Positions 1 to 12,170 of a DNA stretch of 64,000 nt are shown piece after piece (position 1 is the stretch's first letter; every line of letters begins with the position of its first letter). The notes under the pieces are model-generated. The model was not told where the DNA came from and searched no databases. It saw nothing but the letters and a program-made list of their open reading frames with translations. A program made the translations under genes and the position numbers. The stretch comes from Eledone cirrhosa (lineage: Eukaryota): positions 97,402,001 to 97,466,000 of the forward strand of contig OZ024746.1 in assembly GCA_964016885.1 (NCBI GenBank), in the 5' to 3' direction.

Positions 1-297
1 CAGTATTTCTTCATATTATGTATGTATCTTTCATATTGCTGTAGCTTGTAATATGTTTATTGTCAGGGCTACCTTTTCTGCGGATTGCATATATATAGTA
101 GTGTTTTGGCCACTACATCATGCCTCATAGGTAGATAGTACCGCGATGACATCTTTGGACAGCTGCTTATGACATGGGTGACATCTTCGATGTTAATTCT
201 GCAGAGTCTGCATTTGTTGTCACATCTAGGTGTTTTGCCTGCATCCTTATCTATTTTGTGAATCAGCTATTTTGTATTGATTTCCTGTTCTTGGATT

Positions 298-601
298 GTA
301 CGTATGTATGTGTGTATGTATGTGTACATGTGTGTATGCATGTATGAGTGTGTGTGTGTGTATGTATGTGTGTATGTGTGTGTAAGTGTGTATATGTATG
401 TGTGTGCATGTGTGTATGTATGCATGTGTGTGTATGTATGCATGTATGTGTGTATGCATGTGTGTATGTATGTATGTATGTGTGTGTGTATGTACATATG
501 TATGTATGTATATGTGTGTGTGTATATGTATGTATTTATGTCTGTGTGTGTGTATGTATATATTTATGTATATATGCATGTATTTGTATATATATATGTA
601 T
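298..601. repeat. Compound (TG/TATG/TA)n microsatellite
   Basis: Direct reading; explains the H/T/Y/I and V/C/M/Y ORFs at 247-681. Confidence 0.95.
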
Positions 602-1061
602 AATATACTATCTATATTTCCTATATACTTAGAGGGGCTTACATGAAAATTAGTGAAGGCCTTTATATGGTAAAACTGCATTCTTTATGTTAGATCAAAT
701 GAAATATTTAAATGCATGCCAAGTGATTCTCTGGCTGAGGCTCTCAGGTGTAAATAGAGATAATTACATTTAAACCACTTAATGGTAAAAGCATGCACTC
801 TTATGATTTTAGCATACAATTTTACATGCTTTCCTTTTTGTTGTGTTCACATACACATTTAGCTATTAAGTCAGAATAAGCTGCAAATAAAATATAAATG
901 AAATGTTCTGCAGGTTAATGTGTGACCCTTTTTACAGTTAAACCACCAGCTAGTATTCAAACAGTTGTCAAAAGTTCTTACTAGCATTTAAGTCATAGTA
1001 TGATGAAGGTTAATGTAACCATTGGACTAATTCGTTAATCCACCCATCTAGAACATTTTAG

Positions 1062-1296
1062 CGCCACATCTAGAGAATAGAAGTCACACATCTAGCAAAT
1101 TAGAGCCATACATTTAGCAAATTTGAGCCACACATCTAGCAAATTTGAGCCACACATTTAGCAAATTTGAGTCACACATCAAGAAAATTTGAGCCATACA
1201 TCTACAGAATTTGAGTCATACATCTACAGAATTTGAGTCACACAACTAGAAAATTTGAGCCACATTTCTAGAAAATTTGAGCCAGACATCTAGCAA
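1062..1296. repeat. 22-bp minisatellite, about 10 diverged copies (AATTTGAGCCACACATCTAGCA)
   Basis: Unit recurs at 22-bp period; stop codons in all frames. Confidence 0.85.
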
Positions 1297-1914
1297 AAGG
1301 CAGCTAAAGTAAGTCAACAAAGGTGAATTTCTTAAGCAGTTTATTGATGTTATTAGCCACTAAACATATATCTGCATACGAAAACAAGCACAAAATGATG
1401 TTACAAAGACAAGGTACGTGATCACTATCATTGTAATCCTTCTCATTGTCATAATCATCCTCAAGTTTAGATGTGTAACCACTCACAAATAATTTACATA
1501 GACAGTTTTAAAGGCTCATCCACCTCTGTTTTCTGTACATAGTATATGATGGAATCTCTGTCAGTTTCAACAATGAGCATTCTGTTATTTGATCAATTGT
1601 ATTTTCAGCTTGTGACTTAACATCTAGGTCAGAGGTTCTCAAACCTTTAGGGCTGCCTCGCCCTCATGGCCACCTAATATCCTCAGTCACCCCTACCCTA
1701 ACCCTATGTAAATATTATATAATAAATAAAATCGTTTCAATTTGGATTGCATTGGGAACGTAACTTTATTATGTAAGAAGCTGTCAGATGATGTCATGGC
1801 ACTGGGTACATGGAATCGTGTGGCCACTGTCGTCATTGAAATATATATCACAGCATTATCGATAAAGGACTTTAACATCTGAAACTACTTTGCATTTTCT
1901 TGGGTTAGACAGGA

Positions 1915-2115
1915 ATTGTCCCACTAGAAGCAAGATTGATTGGGTGACCACGTCTCGCTTGTATAGGACTGTATCTGGCAGGTTGTCTATGGAAGGATGC
2001 CCTTCCTAAAACCAACCACATTTATAGTGTGGACTGGGAGCCTTTTTACCATGTCTCCTACATGACCACTTTGCAGCATGGACTGGGTACTTTTTTGTTT
2101 TGATACCTACACTAC
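1915..2115 (-). mobile_element. Degenerate SINE/RTE 3'-tail fragment
   Basis: GGATGCCCTTCCTAAAACCAACC motif shared with the many tail copies in the window. Confidence 0.7.
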
Positions 2116-2577
2116 CTCTGTGAAATATTATGTGAGGTAAAGCCTTTACTATGAAAATACAACAGTAAATATAAAGTAATGTAAATGCTAAAGAGTTAAA
2201 AACCTAATATTCCTGTATATGCATTGACTCCTATATTGTTTCATCCTAATCATTAACTTTCTTAATAACCTGGTGTTTTGAGCATAACTTAAAAACGATT
2301 TACATAAATTTATGATGAAAGGTTTTTGGATAAATAACATACTTTAGAATAAACAACTTTGTATTGTAGAAATGTGGGGAAGTCAGGCAGTTTGATATCA
2401 AAAATGTTAAATTGATATTTGCAACATAATATAACAAATGTTTTAAAATTATGATAGAAGGTTTTTAGTTAAATATAGATATTTTCAAATAAGGAGTTTG
2501 TATAATAGAACCAGGAGCAATTCCACTTGGTTTGATATCAAAATGGTTAAAATCTGAGAAGCAAAATTCTGTCATCA

Positions 2578-3057
2578 TCTATATATAAATTTGCACAACT
2601 TCTCTCCATCCTTCCGTCACACGCTAGAGATGACTGAGGAAGGAAGGGGTGATGACATCACACACTAGAGATGATTGAGGAAGGAAGGGGTGATGACGTC
2701 ACATACTAGAGATGATTGAGGAAGGAAGGGGTGATGACGTCACACACTAGAGATGATTGAGGAAGGAAGGGGTGATGACATCACACACTAGAGATGATTG
2801 AGGAAGGAAGGGGTGATGACATCACACACTAGAGATGATTGAGGAAGGAAGGGGTGATGACATCACACACTAGAGATGACTGAGGAAGTAGGGGTGATGA
2901 CATCACACACTAGAGATGACTGAGGAAGGAAAGGGTGATAACATCACACACTAGAGATGACTGAGGAAGGAAAGGGTGATGACACACTGCAGAAAACAGT
3001 GTCTAACAGCACACACACACATATATACATACACAGCATGTTGAAAAAAAACCCTAG
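2578..3057 (+). mobile_element. Non-autonomous Helitron with 9 internal 41-bp tandem units
   Basis: A|TCTATATATAAA start, CTAG|T end, no TSD; unit CTAGAGATGATTGAGGAAGGAAGGGGTGATGACATCACACA; sister copy at 40791-41090. Confidence 0.8.
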
Positions 3058-3127
3058 TATAACAAATTCAATGCCCAAAATAAATTACAGCAAATTATTT
3101 AACTGAAATACTGTAGATACACACTAG

Positions 3128-3325
3128 TGAAGGGGTCATACTTGTGAAAGGGGTCATACTTGTGAAGGGGTCATACTTCTGAAAGGGGTCATACTTCTGA
3201 AAGGGGTCATACTTGTGAAAGGGTCATACTTCTGAACGGGGTCATACTTGTGAAAGGGTCATACTTTCGAAAGGGGTCATACTTCTAAAAGGGTCATACT
3301 TCTAAAAGGGATCATACTTCTAAAA
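3128..3325. repeat. About 20-bp minisatellite (GAAAGGGGTCATACTTCT), about 10 copies
   Basis: Direct reading. Confidence 0.9.
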
Positions 3326-4125
3326 TAGCAGTTGAGAAAACAGAAAATGGTAATTAATTATCTGCTGCAGTTTAATTGCTCTGAATTAAGAAAATAAAAA
3401 TATTTTCTTTTTGAAAAAAAAATCCATGTTATCTTTACAGAAATTAGAACCACCATTATTAGAGTTCTAATAATCATCATCCTTGTTAATATAGTTATCA
3501 TAATTATCATCACGAAAGCTATTTTAATTGCTACTACTATTATTATTTTCCCTATGGCTACAAGTGTCTTTATAGCAACCAATGCTAGTACTCTCATGAT
3601 TTCTATAGAAACAATAATGATAATTAATATTTATGCTACAATCACTTCAGCTCCTACAGAAACCATTCTTAGTGCTGCATAAATCACTGAAGAAATAGAA
3701 TTATATATGAATAACTAAATAATTTCATGCAATTATTTGATATCTAGTTTTTTTCAGTCATCTGCAGTTAATAAAAATGGAATACAAACAAAGAAATAGA
3801 TATTCAAAGGAGCCTCATGGGGTCTTGAGTGACTTTCCTTTCAAACCTTCTACTGAGTTGACAAAAGAGAAGTTTTAGGGCAACAATTACAATGTTGGTT
3901 GATGATTAACCCTTTCATTACTGTATCGTTAATGAAAGACACAGCCTATGATTTTCAAATTTTGAAAATAATCGAGAATTTGGAGGGAGTTAGTAAGATA
4001 ACTAACCCTCTCATTAGTAAGCTGGTGTTTGAAACTTAAAAAATGTTCTTACATAGGATTATCCTAGAGGGAAGGCTTTTAGATAAAAATGAACACTTTA
4101 TAACAAACACTATTATATCATAGAA

Positions 4126-4313
4126 GGGTGGTGAATTGACAGTATCGGTAGAGGGTCGGACTCCATGCTTTGACACATAGAGTTACGGCACTTGCCATTC
4201 TGAGTTCAAATCCCTTCGAGGTTAACTTTTCCTTTCATCCTTACGGGGTCGATAAAATAAAGTACCAGTGATGCACTGGGATAATTGCTGGCCTTGTGCC
4301 AAAAGTAGAAACA
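4126..4313 (+). mobile_element. tRNA-headed SINE family A, full length, with TSD
   Basis: A-box-like head, B box GAGTTCAAATCC, CCTTTCATCCTTACGGGGTCGATAAAATAAAGTACCAG core; flanked by duplicated ACTATTATATCATAGAAG. Confidence 0.9.
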
Positions 4314-4332
4314 ACTATTATATCATAGAAGA

Positions 4333-4405
4333 GCCCGGCTACCTTAGTCGGTAGAGCATGAGACTCTTAATCTTGGGGTCATGGGTTGAAGCCCCACATT
4401 GGGCG
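4333..4405 (+). pseudogene. trnK-CTT: tRNA-Lys(CTT) pseudogene
   Basis: 73 nt GCCCGGCTA...TGAGA CTCTTAA TCT...GGGCG; about 8 substitutions from the canonical metazoan tRNA-Lys-CTT, including the T-loop (TTGAAGC instead of TTCGAGC) and D stem; followed by TATGTTTTT. Confidence 0.9.
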
Positions 4406-4414
4406 TATGTTTTT

Positions 4415-4608
4415 CCAGTACTCACTGTAAATGAGGTTGGTGTTAGGAAGGTAGGAAGGGCATCCAGCTGTAGAAATGAAGCCAAAATCAGTTCCCATAT
4501 GAGCAAGACAAGGTCACCTGACCTGGCATTGCTGCCACAACAGGACAATCTGTCTAAGCCATGCTAGCATGGAAGAATGGATGTAAAATGATGATGATGA
4601 TGATGATG
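4415..4608 (+). mobile_element. 5'-truncated SINE/RTE 3' tail ending in (GAT)n
   Basis: Near-identical to tails at 27265-27437, 58365-58548 and 63330-63497. Confidence 0.9.
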
Positions 4609-5332
4609 AAGGAGTGGTTTGGTAACAAAATGTTTAAGAAAATAACATTAGTTGCCTTCATAATAAACACTCAAATATCATAGTTATGTTTTGGCTGCAT
4701 AACATTTTGAAAGCAGAGTAGATCATACAGCCACACTTGATTATTGATCATGTGAAGCACTGATCAAATGTTTTGACTTCATAGTAATGTAAAACTATAT
4801 CATCTCCATTTTAACGAGCATGTTATATGAATCTCTAATCAACTATGAGCTATATGGTATTTTTATGGCTAATCTAGGGAAAAGGAAAAAAACTTGAATA
4901 ATAATTTTAAAAATAGAGAATATGATAGAGAAATTGCCTTAGACTATAGAATTTAGTATCAATTTAACAATGAATTATTTTCTTTGAAGATTTGGTGAGG
5001 CTATTAATGTGCTTAGACTTAATTACAACCATTATAAAGCACAATATTTTGTTTGCTACATTATACTTACCTGGAAAATAAGTATTATCATAAAAGAAGA
5101 GTTGGTTTACAGTAAATATCTACTCCGTGAATATAGGTAAAATTCTAGATTTCTAATTCTATACAACCAAAGCAAGCACAGAAATAAAATCTACAAAAAC
5201 ATCTAGAAAAGAGTGTAAATATATGTGAAGATATTTTAGAAATATGGATCAAGTTAAGAAGTTAATAGAAAAAGTTATAGCACAACTAATTAGCTTTGAT
5301 GTAGTTCAAGTTTGTGACTGTATGAAACATGG

Positions 5333-6060
5333 TTGACGCTTTCTTCCCAGTTAGACAACAATGATAGCCTGCATATTGGCGTTTCCCTGAGGCTTGGCCT
5401 CCGGATCTGCGAGCCACATAAATGTCACTGTGGGTCCACCGTGGATTCTTTCGGCCTCCACCCGCTTTCCTGTCGCCACAGTGCCGGCCGCCTTCCTCGC
5501 CATGCTGCCCTCAATAAAGTCATAAAGCATGGCTTGGACGCTGCAGGCTTCCCTTCCCAGCTCAAGCTGGTAGGCCTGGACCAAGGGGAGAGCAAAAGGC
5601 CAGACGGTATGACCATCTTCCTGTTCCACGGTGACAAACCCCTCGTCTGGGATGCCACTTGCAGCAACACTTTCTATAACCTGGTGCAGTCTACAACTAA
5701 CCCAGATTATGCTGCACTTCGGGCTGAGGAGGCCAACATCTCCAAGTACCGGTCGCTCTCCGGTTTGCAGTTGTACCCTTGGCAGGGGAGACTTCTGGTG
5801 TCCTTGGCCCTAGGGCTACCTCCCTATTCACCACCATAAGTGCTGAGCTGGCCAGCCGCAAGTGTGAGCTTTGTGAGATGGAATGGCTCTTCCAGCACAT
5901 CTCCCTTACCATCTTCTGTCTGCTGGGGCTGTGGGGTGGCCAGCACGTGGGACCCCATTTGTTCACTATACAGAGAGATGGGGAGGGCGAGAGAGATGGG
6001 GAGGGCGAGAGAGATGGGACGATGACAGTGGAGTTCGGCTCTTCCATGTTCGGACACATT
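5333..6060 (+). mobile_element. CRE-clade non-LTR retrotransposon 3' fragment (CCHC knuckle + restriction-like endonuclease), frameshifted
   Basis: LRLGLRICEPHKCHCG..HPLSC..RH..RPDG..WDATC..KY, then ETSG..WLFQHISL in the next frame; 3' UTR shared with 28570-28680. Confidence 0.85.
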
Positions 6061-6237
6061 GCACCTGTCAAGAGTGTATTTTCATAGTTGTAGCAAACAG
6101 TTATTGATCAAAAGAAAGCCTATGACAGGGTAACATTCTGATAGCCAGTAAGAAACATTGGATGATGAATAACTTGTAAGAGTCTTATGAATAGTGTACA
6201 GAAATGCAATCAGCAAAGGGCATTAGTAATCAAATAA

Positions 6238-6437
6238 TTTAACCTTTTAGCATTCAAACCGGTCATATCCAGCCAGAAATCACTCACCTCTTTAGTAACC
6301 AGCTACTCATACTGATGTTAAGATATTGTTCTCAAAATAAAAAACATCAACATCTCATAGATTCGATATTAAGTGAAATAATTATGTAAGATAAAGCCTT
6401 TACCCCAAAAATACTATAGTATATATAGAGTAATATT
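6238..6437 (+). mobile_element. piggyBac-type MITE family A, 3' end lost
   Basis: TTAACCTTTTAGCATT start; body matches 23688-23907. Confidence 0.75.
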
Positions 6438-6439
6438 CT

Positions 6440-6875
6440 CTGTATGCAGAAGGCTGAACAGAAATGAGGTGAGCATGTTCAGCTGGATTTGTAATGTTAG
6501 TGGCCATGAAAGATTTAGCCCAAATGAGCTAAGAGAAAAACTGAGTATTAGAAGAATCAGATGGAATGTGTATGATGAGTCAGTAAGTGGAATGTGATCC
6601 ACATGCAAGGAACTTGTAATGAGGAAGACCAAGGAAGGCAATGGAAGACGAGAGAAGATAAAGGAAGACCAAAGAAGAAGTTGTGGAAGTAGATGTCAAG
6701 GAACTTGCAGAGGAGAAAGACCAAGGAAGATAAAGCAAAAAGTAGTGGAAGCAGATATCAAGAAACCAAGTCCCAAGAAAGAGATGACAAAGGACCATAA
6801 CCTGTGGCCAGGCATAATCCAATCAATGCAAGCTTGAAGAAAAAAAGAAAAAAACAGATATATGCTGCTGATGAT
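6440..6875 (+). mobile_element. Degenerate RTE LINE 3' fragment
   Basis: RRLNRNEVSMFSWIC..ELREKL resembles the RTE at 16474-17022. Confidence 0.65.
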
Positions 6876-7086
6876 ATATACAGAAATGAACTATGATTTA
6901 TCTCTTGTAAAACAGTAACAACTGTGAGAATGAAATTATAAGTCAGTAAATTTCCTTAAGAACATTGTTCACATAACTAGTTTCTAATGGAAATGTATTG
7001 TCAGAGAAAATATAGTGACAAAAACATAGCTTCTTAAGTATTTATATTTATGACTTGGTCAAAATTTATGCTGAATTAAAGTATTT

Positions 7087-7260
7087 CCAGGAACATGGAT
7101 ATATTGCTACTACATGTAATGAGGAATTCAATATCTACCAGGAACATGGATATATTGCTACTACATGCAATGAGGAGTAAAATAACCACCCCAGGAACAT
7201 GGATATATTGCTACTACATGCATTGAGGAGTAAAATAACCACCCCAGGAACATGGATATA
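7087..7260. repeat. About 54-bp tandem repeat, 3.3 copies
   Basis: CAGGAACATGGATATATTGCTACTACATG recurs. Confidence 0.9.
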
Positions 7261-7351
7261 CTAATATTTAGGGATGTTGATGATGGCGGCAGTATTAACA
7301 AACATAAGAAATCTTTAAAACTGAGAATTATTGTTTGAATAACAACAGAGG

Positions 7352-8955
7352 AGGTGGTGGCGGTGGTGGTGGTGGTGATAGTGGTGGTGGCGGTGGTGGT
7401 GATGGTGGTGGTGGTGGTGGTGATAGTGGTGGTGGCGGTGGTGGTGATGGTGGTGGTGGTGGTGGTGGTGGTGGTGGTGGTGGTGGTGATGGTGGTGGTG
7501 GTGGTGGTGATGGTGGTGGTGGTGGTGGTGGTGATGGTGATGGTGGTGGTGGTGGTGATGGTGGTGGTGGTGGTGGTGGTGGTGGTGGTGGTGGTGGTGG
7601 TAGTGGTGGTGGTGGTGGTGGTGATGGCGGTGGTGGTGGTGGTGGTGGTAGTGGTGGTGGTGGTGGTGGTGGTGGTGGTGGTGGTAGTGGTGGTGGTGGT
7701 GATGGTGGTGGTGGTGGTGATGGTGGTGGTGATAGTGATGGTGGTGGTGGCGGTGGTGGTGGCGGTGGTGGTGGTGGTGGTGGTGGTGGTGGTGGTGGTG
7801 GTGATAGTGGTGGTGGTGGTGGTGGTGGTGGTGGTGGTGGCGGTGGTGGTGATGGTGGTGGTGGCGGTGGTGGTGGTGGTGGTGGTGGTGGTGATAGTGG
7901 TGGTGGTGGTGGTGGTGGTGGTGGTGGTGGTGGTGGTGGTGGTGGTGGTGGTGGTGATAGTGGTGGTGGTGGTGGTGGTGGTGGTGGTGGTGGTGGTGGT
8001 GGTGGTGGTGGTGATAGTGGTGGTGGTGGTGGTGGTGGTGATAGTGGTGGTGGTGGTGGTGGTGGTGGTGATGGTGGTGGTGGTGGTGGTGGTGGTAGTG
8101 GTGGTGGTGGTGGTGGTGGTGGTGGTGTGGTGGTGGTGGTGGTGGTGGTGGTGGTGGTGGTGTGGTGGTGGTGGTGGTGGTGATGGTGGTGGTGGTGGTG
8201 GTGGTGGTGATAGTGGTGGTGGTGGTGGTGGTGGTGGTAGTGGTGGTAGTGATAGTGGTGGTGATGGTGGTGGTGGTGGTGTGGTGGTGGTGGTGGTGGT
8301 GGTGGTGGTGATAGTGGTGGTGGTGGTAGTGATGGTGGTTGTGGTGGTGATAGTGGTGGTGGTGGTGGTGGTAGTGATGGTGGTTGTGGTGGTGATGGTG
8401 GTGGTGGTGGTGGTGGCTGTGTTGGTGGTGGTGGTGGTGGTGGTGGTGATGGTGGTGGTGGTGGTGGTGGCTGTGTTGGTGGTGGTGGTGGTTGTGGTGG
8501 TGGTGGTGATGGTGGTGATGGTGGTGGTGGTTGTGGTGGTGGTGGTGTTGGTAGTGGTGATGGTGGTGGTGGTGGTGGTTGTGGTGTTGGTAGTGGTGAT
8601 GGTGGTGGTGGTGGTTGTGGTGGTGGTGGTGGTAGTGGTGATGGTGGTGGAGGTGGTGATGGTGGTGGCTGTGGTGGTGGTGATGGAGGTAGAGGTGATG
8701 GTGGTGTTGGTAGTGGTGATGGTGATAGATGTGGTGGCGGTGGTGATGGTGGTGGTTGTGGAGGTGGTGGTGGTGTTGGTAGTGGTGATGGTGGTGTTGG
8801 TAGTGGTGATGGCGGTGCTCGTGGTGGTGGTGGTGGTGGTGTTGGTGGTTGTTGGGGCGGTGGTGCTGGTGGTGGGGTGGTGGTGGTGGCGATGATGGTT
8901 GTAGTGATGGTGGTGGTGGTGATGACAGTGATGATGGTGGTGGGGGGGGGGGGGG
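7352..8955. repeat. 1.6-kb (GGT)n microsatellite with GAT/AGT/GTT variants, ending in poly-G
   Basis: Direct reading; source of the poly-G, poly-V and poly-H ORFs. Confidence 0.97.
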
Positions 8956-8977
8956 AGAAAATAAGTTGAAGAAAAAG

Positions 8978-9169
8978 AACACCAACAACAATAACAGCAG
9001 CAGCGACGACAACAACGACGACGACGACGACGGCAGCAGCAGCAGCAACAACAACAACAACAACAACAACAACAAAAGCAATGGAGTCAGCCCCATCCGC
9101 AACAACAACAACAACAACACCACCACCACCACCACCATCAACAACAACAACAACAACAGCAGCAGCAGC

Positions 9170-9215
<46 letters not shown>

Positions 9216-9588
9216 GCAGCAGCAACAGCAACAACAACAGCAATAGAGTCAGCCCCATCCGCAATAACAACAACAACAGCAACAACAGCAACAACAACAG
9301 CAATAGAGTCAGCCCCATCCGCAATAACAACAACAACAGCAACAACAACGGCAACAACAACAGCAATAGAGTCAGCCCCATCCGCAACAACAACAACACC
9401 ACCACCAACAACACCACCAACAACAACAGCAACAACAACAACAGCAGCAACAGCAACAACAACAACAATAGAGTCAGCCCCATCTACAACAACAACAACA
9501 CCACCACCAACAACAACAACAGCAGCAACAGCAACAACAACAACAATAGAGTCAGCCCCATCTGCAACAACAACAACAACAACAACAA
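8978..9588. repeat. (CAA/CAG/CAC)n array with six embedded AATAGAGTCAGCCCCATCCGC motifs
   Basis: Motif near 9081, 9242, 9302, 9365, 9467 and 9546. Confidence 0.92.
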
Positions 9589-10289
9589 TGACATTGAAAC
9601 AACTGATTTACAAGAAAGGAGATTTTGTCATATGTAAGAGTTCTTGAATTTACCATCAAGTATAGTCTTGATTGCTCTTAAAGAAGTGACAGCACAACAG
9701 ATGGATATTGATTAAATGACAAACTGGTTCTCCAGCAGAAAACCTTCCACGTTAAGCATCAGATTGATAAATTACTAGAATTAAAATAAAAATAGATATT
9801 CTTTTCTATTTTTCTTTTGCCAGTAATATTTAGAAGATTTGATATTTTCGGGAAGCCAGAAATATGACTGTTAAAATAGTTCAAAACAAAATTTTTTTAA
9901 AGACAATTAATTAAGCACTAAATGGATTCTATAAAAGATTAGTGATAAAAAGAAAAATTGTTGAAACCCTCATAAACCTAATGGGTTTAGAGTGAAATTA
10001 TGAACAGAAAGTAATTGATAATTTTAAATAATCCTCAATGTATAATATCGGTAAAGCCTTGCCTTTAGCATTCCATAAAAATAATTGATGCAGCTAAAAC
10101 AGTGGATTGATTCTCCAAGGAATATCTTATACAACATCTCATGAATACACAGCAAAAATTGGAGACATATCTCTTAAATATAAAGCCAAGAAGAACTTTC
10201 TGTCATTTGTTCAATAAATGGTAAATTTATTCAAAGGTTTTCATGCACAGTTGTCAGAACCATTTTGGACATGTTGTAGATGTAACCAC

Positions 10290-10740
10290 CTTTTTCATGT
10301 TGCTGCCATGAAAAATCCACCTAGTTCAATCTGTAAAGATGTAGTGCTTGTGTCACAAAAATACACCCAGTCCACTCTGTAAAATGCTGGTGCTGGTTCC
10401 ACAAAAAATATACCCATTCTATATTGTAAAACAAAAGTACTGGTTCCATGAAAAATATCTCAATCAACACTGTAAAGTGCTAGAATACACTAACCCCAGC
10501 CTGTAAAGTGGTAGTGCTGGTGTCACGATAAAATATACCCATCAACTCTGTAATGAGGAAGTCCTGGTGGAAGAATCAAATACACCCAATACACTCTGTA
10601 AAGTAGTTGGCATTAGGAAGGGCATCCAGGGAAAAAAATCCAATGTAGAAATGAGAAGAGGTTCTCCAAATCTTCCACTTTCAGGAAAACCTGTCCAATC
10701 AATGCTTATATAGAAAGCAGAAGAAAACTAATGATGATTT
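10290..10740 (+). mobile_element. Old SINE/RTE tail with several diverged internal ~45-bp units
   Basis: Repeated AAAATACACCC..CACTCTGTAAAG units followed by GTTGGCATTAGGAAGGGCATCCAG. Confidence 0.65.
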
Positions 10741-10799
10741 TCATATTAGATACCTTAGATGAAAAACAAAAATTAGTTTTGCTCTAGCATGGTGGATAC

Positions 10800-11487
10800 G
10801 TAAATGCATTTGTGAGGTTTATATTGAATAATAATAATGTTTGATTTGTTAGCAAGCAAACAGCCTCATTATGCTATGTGTTTTAGATAACTATACCCAT
10901 CCTTTTGTTCTGGCAGTGATAGAGATTGTTTCTCTCTGTCACCACTAGAACAAAAGGATGGCAATGGTTATCTATAAAGCATAGCATAATGAGGCTGTTT
11001 GCTTGTAAACGAATCAAACATTATTAACTTTGCCTTTCATCCTTACGGAGTCAATAAAATAAAGTACCAGGAATCATCATCATCATCATTTCATTTTACG
11101 TCTGCTTTTTCCCTGCTTGCAAGGGTGAGACGGGAACTGATTTTGGCTTCATTTCTACAGCTGGATGCCCTTCCTAACACCAACCTCATTTACAGTGAGT
11201 GCTGGGTGCTTTTTTGCCGTGGCACCTCCACGACCACTTTTCAGTGGAATGATAGGGACCCCAGTCCCTATCATCTCATTTCTACAGCTGAGTAAACTGG
11301 AGCAATGTGAAATAAAGTGTCTTGCTCAAAGAAACAACACATCACCCGGTCTGAGAATTGAACTCACAACCTTTCGATTGCAAGGCCAATGCTCTAACCA
11401 CTAAGCCATGTGCCGCCATAATGTACTGGCCTTGTGCCAATAGTAGAAACAATTATTATTCAATATAAACCTCACAAATGCATTTAC
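10800..11487. repeat. Fold-back (inverted repeat) element interrupted by nested SINEs
   Basis: 10800-10925 is the reverse complement of 10935-11026 plus 11456-11487; single-arm homolog at 22475-22573. Confidence 0.85.
11073..11417 (-). mobile_element. SINE family B (tRNA head, CORE-like domain, RTE-type tail), inserted in a SINE A fragment
   Basis: Reverse complement starts GGCGGCACATGGCTTAGTGGTTAGAGC, contains TTGAGCAAGACACTT, ends (GAT)n. Confidence 0.9.
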
Positions 11488-11982
11488 CTTTGATGAGTTT
11501 TAACCAGTAATAAACACAGCGCTTGGCTAATTTGATTTAAAAAAAAAAGCATTTAAGAATAGAAGATTTCTTTGTGTTCATATGTGATAAGGAAATAGTA
11601 TGATGTAAGTTTAGCTAAGAAACGCAATTGTCTTAGTGTTCATCATTAAACCACCTGGCTTAATAAGAATATAACTGATGCTACAGGCAGAAACATTAAG
11701 ACAAACTAATTAAAGGAAATTGCCTTCAGGATAATCATTACATGTAGCAATTTCTATATAAAGGTTTAGAATTAATGGACAACTCTATAAGCAGAATTCC
11801 TTTTAAAGTAATTTATTTAAAACCAAGTCTTTTATGAATATGTTAAATAATTAATTAACTGAATCAAACTATAATTTAGCTTTATTTAGATTTAATCTTC
11901 AAAAATTAATTGACAAATATTCATTATCTAGTATCCACACTAAATCAGTTTTCTTTCTCATGTGCAAAGTCTGTTTTTAAAG

Positions 11983-12170
11983 AATTGTTTCTACTTTTGG
12001 CACAAGGACAGCAATTATCCCAGTGCATTACTGGTGTTTTATTTTATCGACCCCCGTAAGGATGAAAGGCAAAGTTAACCTCGGTGGGACTTGAACTCAG
12101 ATGATAAAGGGCCGTAACTCTATTCTGAAAAGCATGGCGTCCAACCCTCAATCGATACTGCCAACCACTG
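11983..12170 (-). mobile_element. SINE family A
   Basis: Reverse complement matches 4126-4313. Confidence 0.9.

Larger units (their letters stand above)
3906..4636 (+). mobile_element. piggyBac-type MITE (family B) interrupted by a SINE and a tRNA-Lys/tail chimera
   Basis: TTAA-CCCTTT start; body matches the copy at 26985-27494; degenerate ...GGTAACAAAATGTTTAA end. Confidence 0.65.

Noticed and set aside
1304-1620. Acidic minus-strand ORF as an exon
   Set aside because: Flanking sequence resembles a dispersed repeat also seen near 51700 and 53270; no splice or homology support
3358-3682. Hydrophobic ORFs on both strands
   Set aside because: Looks like a decayed triplet repeat; no recognisable protein motif
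4333-4405. Functional tRNA-Lys gene
   Set aside because: T-loop/B-box, D-stem and acceptor-stem substitutions; embedded in transposon debris
7315-9483. 722-aa His/Leu-rich ORF and overlapping Gly/Val ORFs (resembling His- or Gly-rich beak proteins)
   Set aside because: Open in several frames on both strands because (GGT)n and (CAA)n lack stops; no unique domain
8978-9588. CRISPR-like repeat/spacer pattern
   Set aside because: The 'spacers' are simple CAA/CAG runs, not unique sequence
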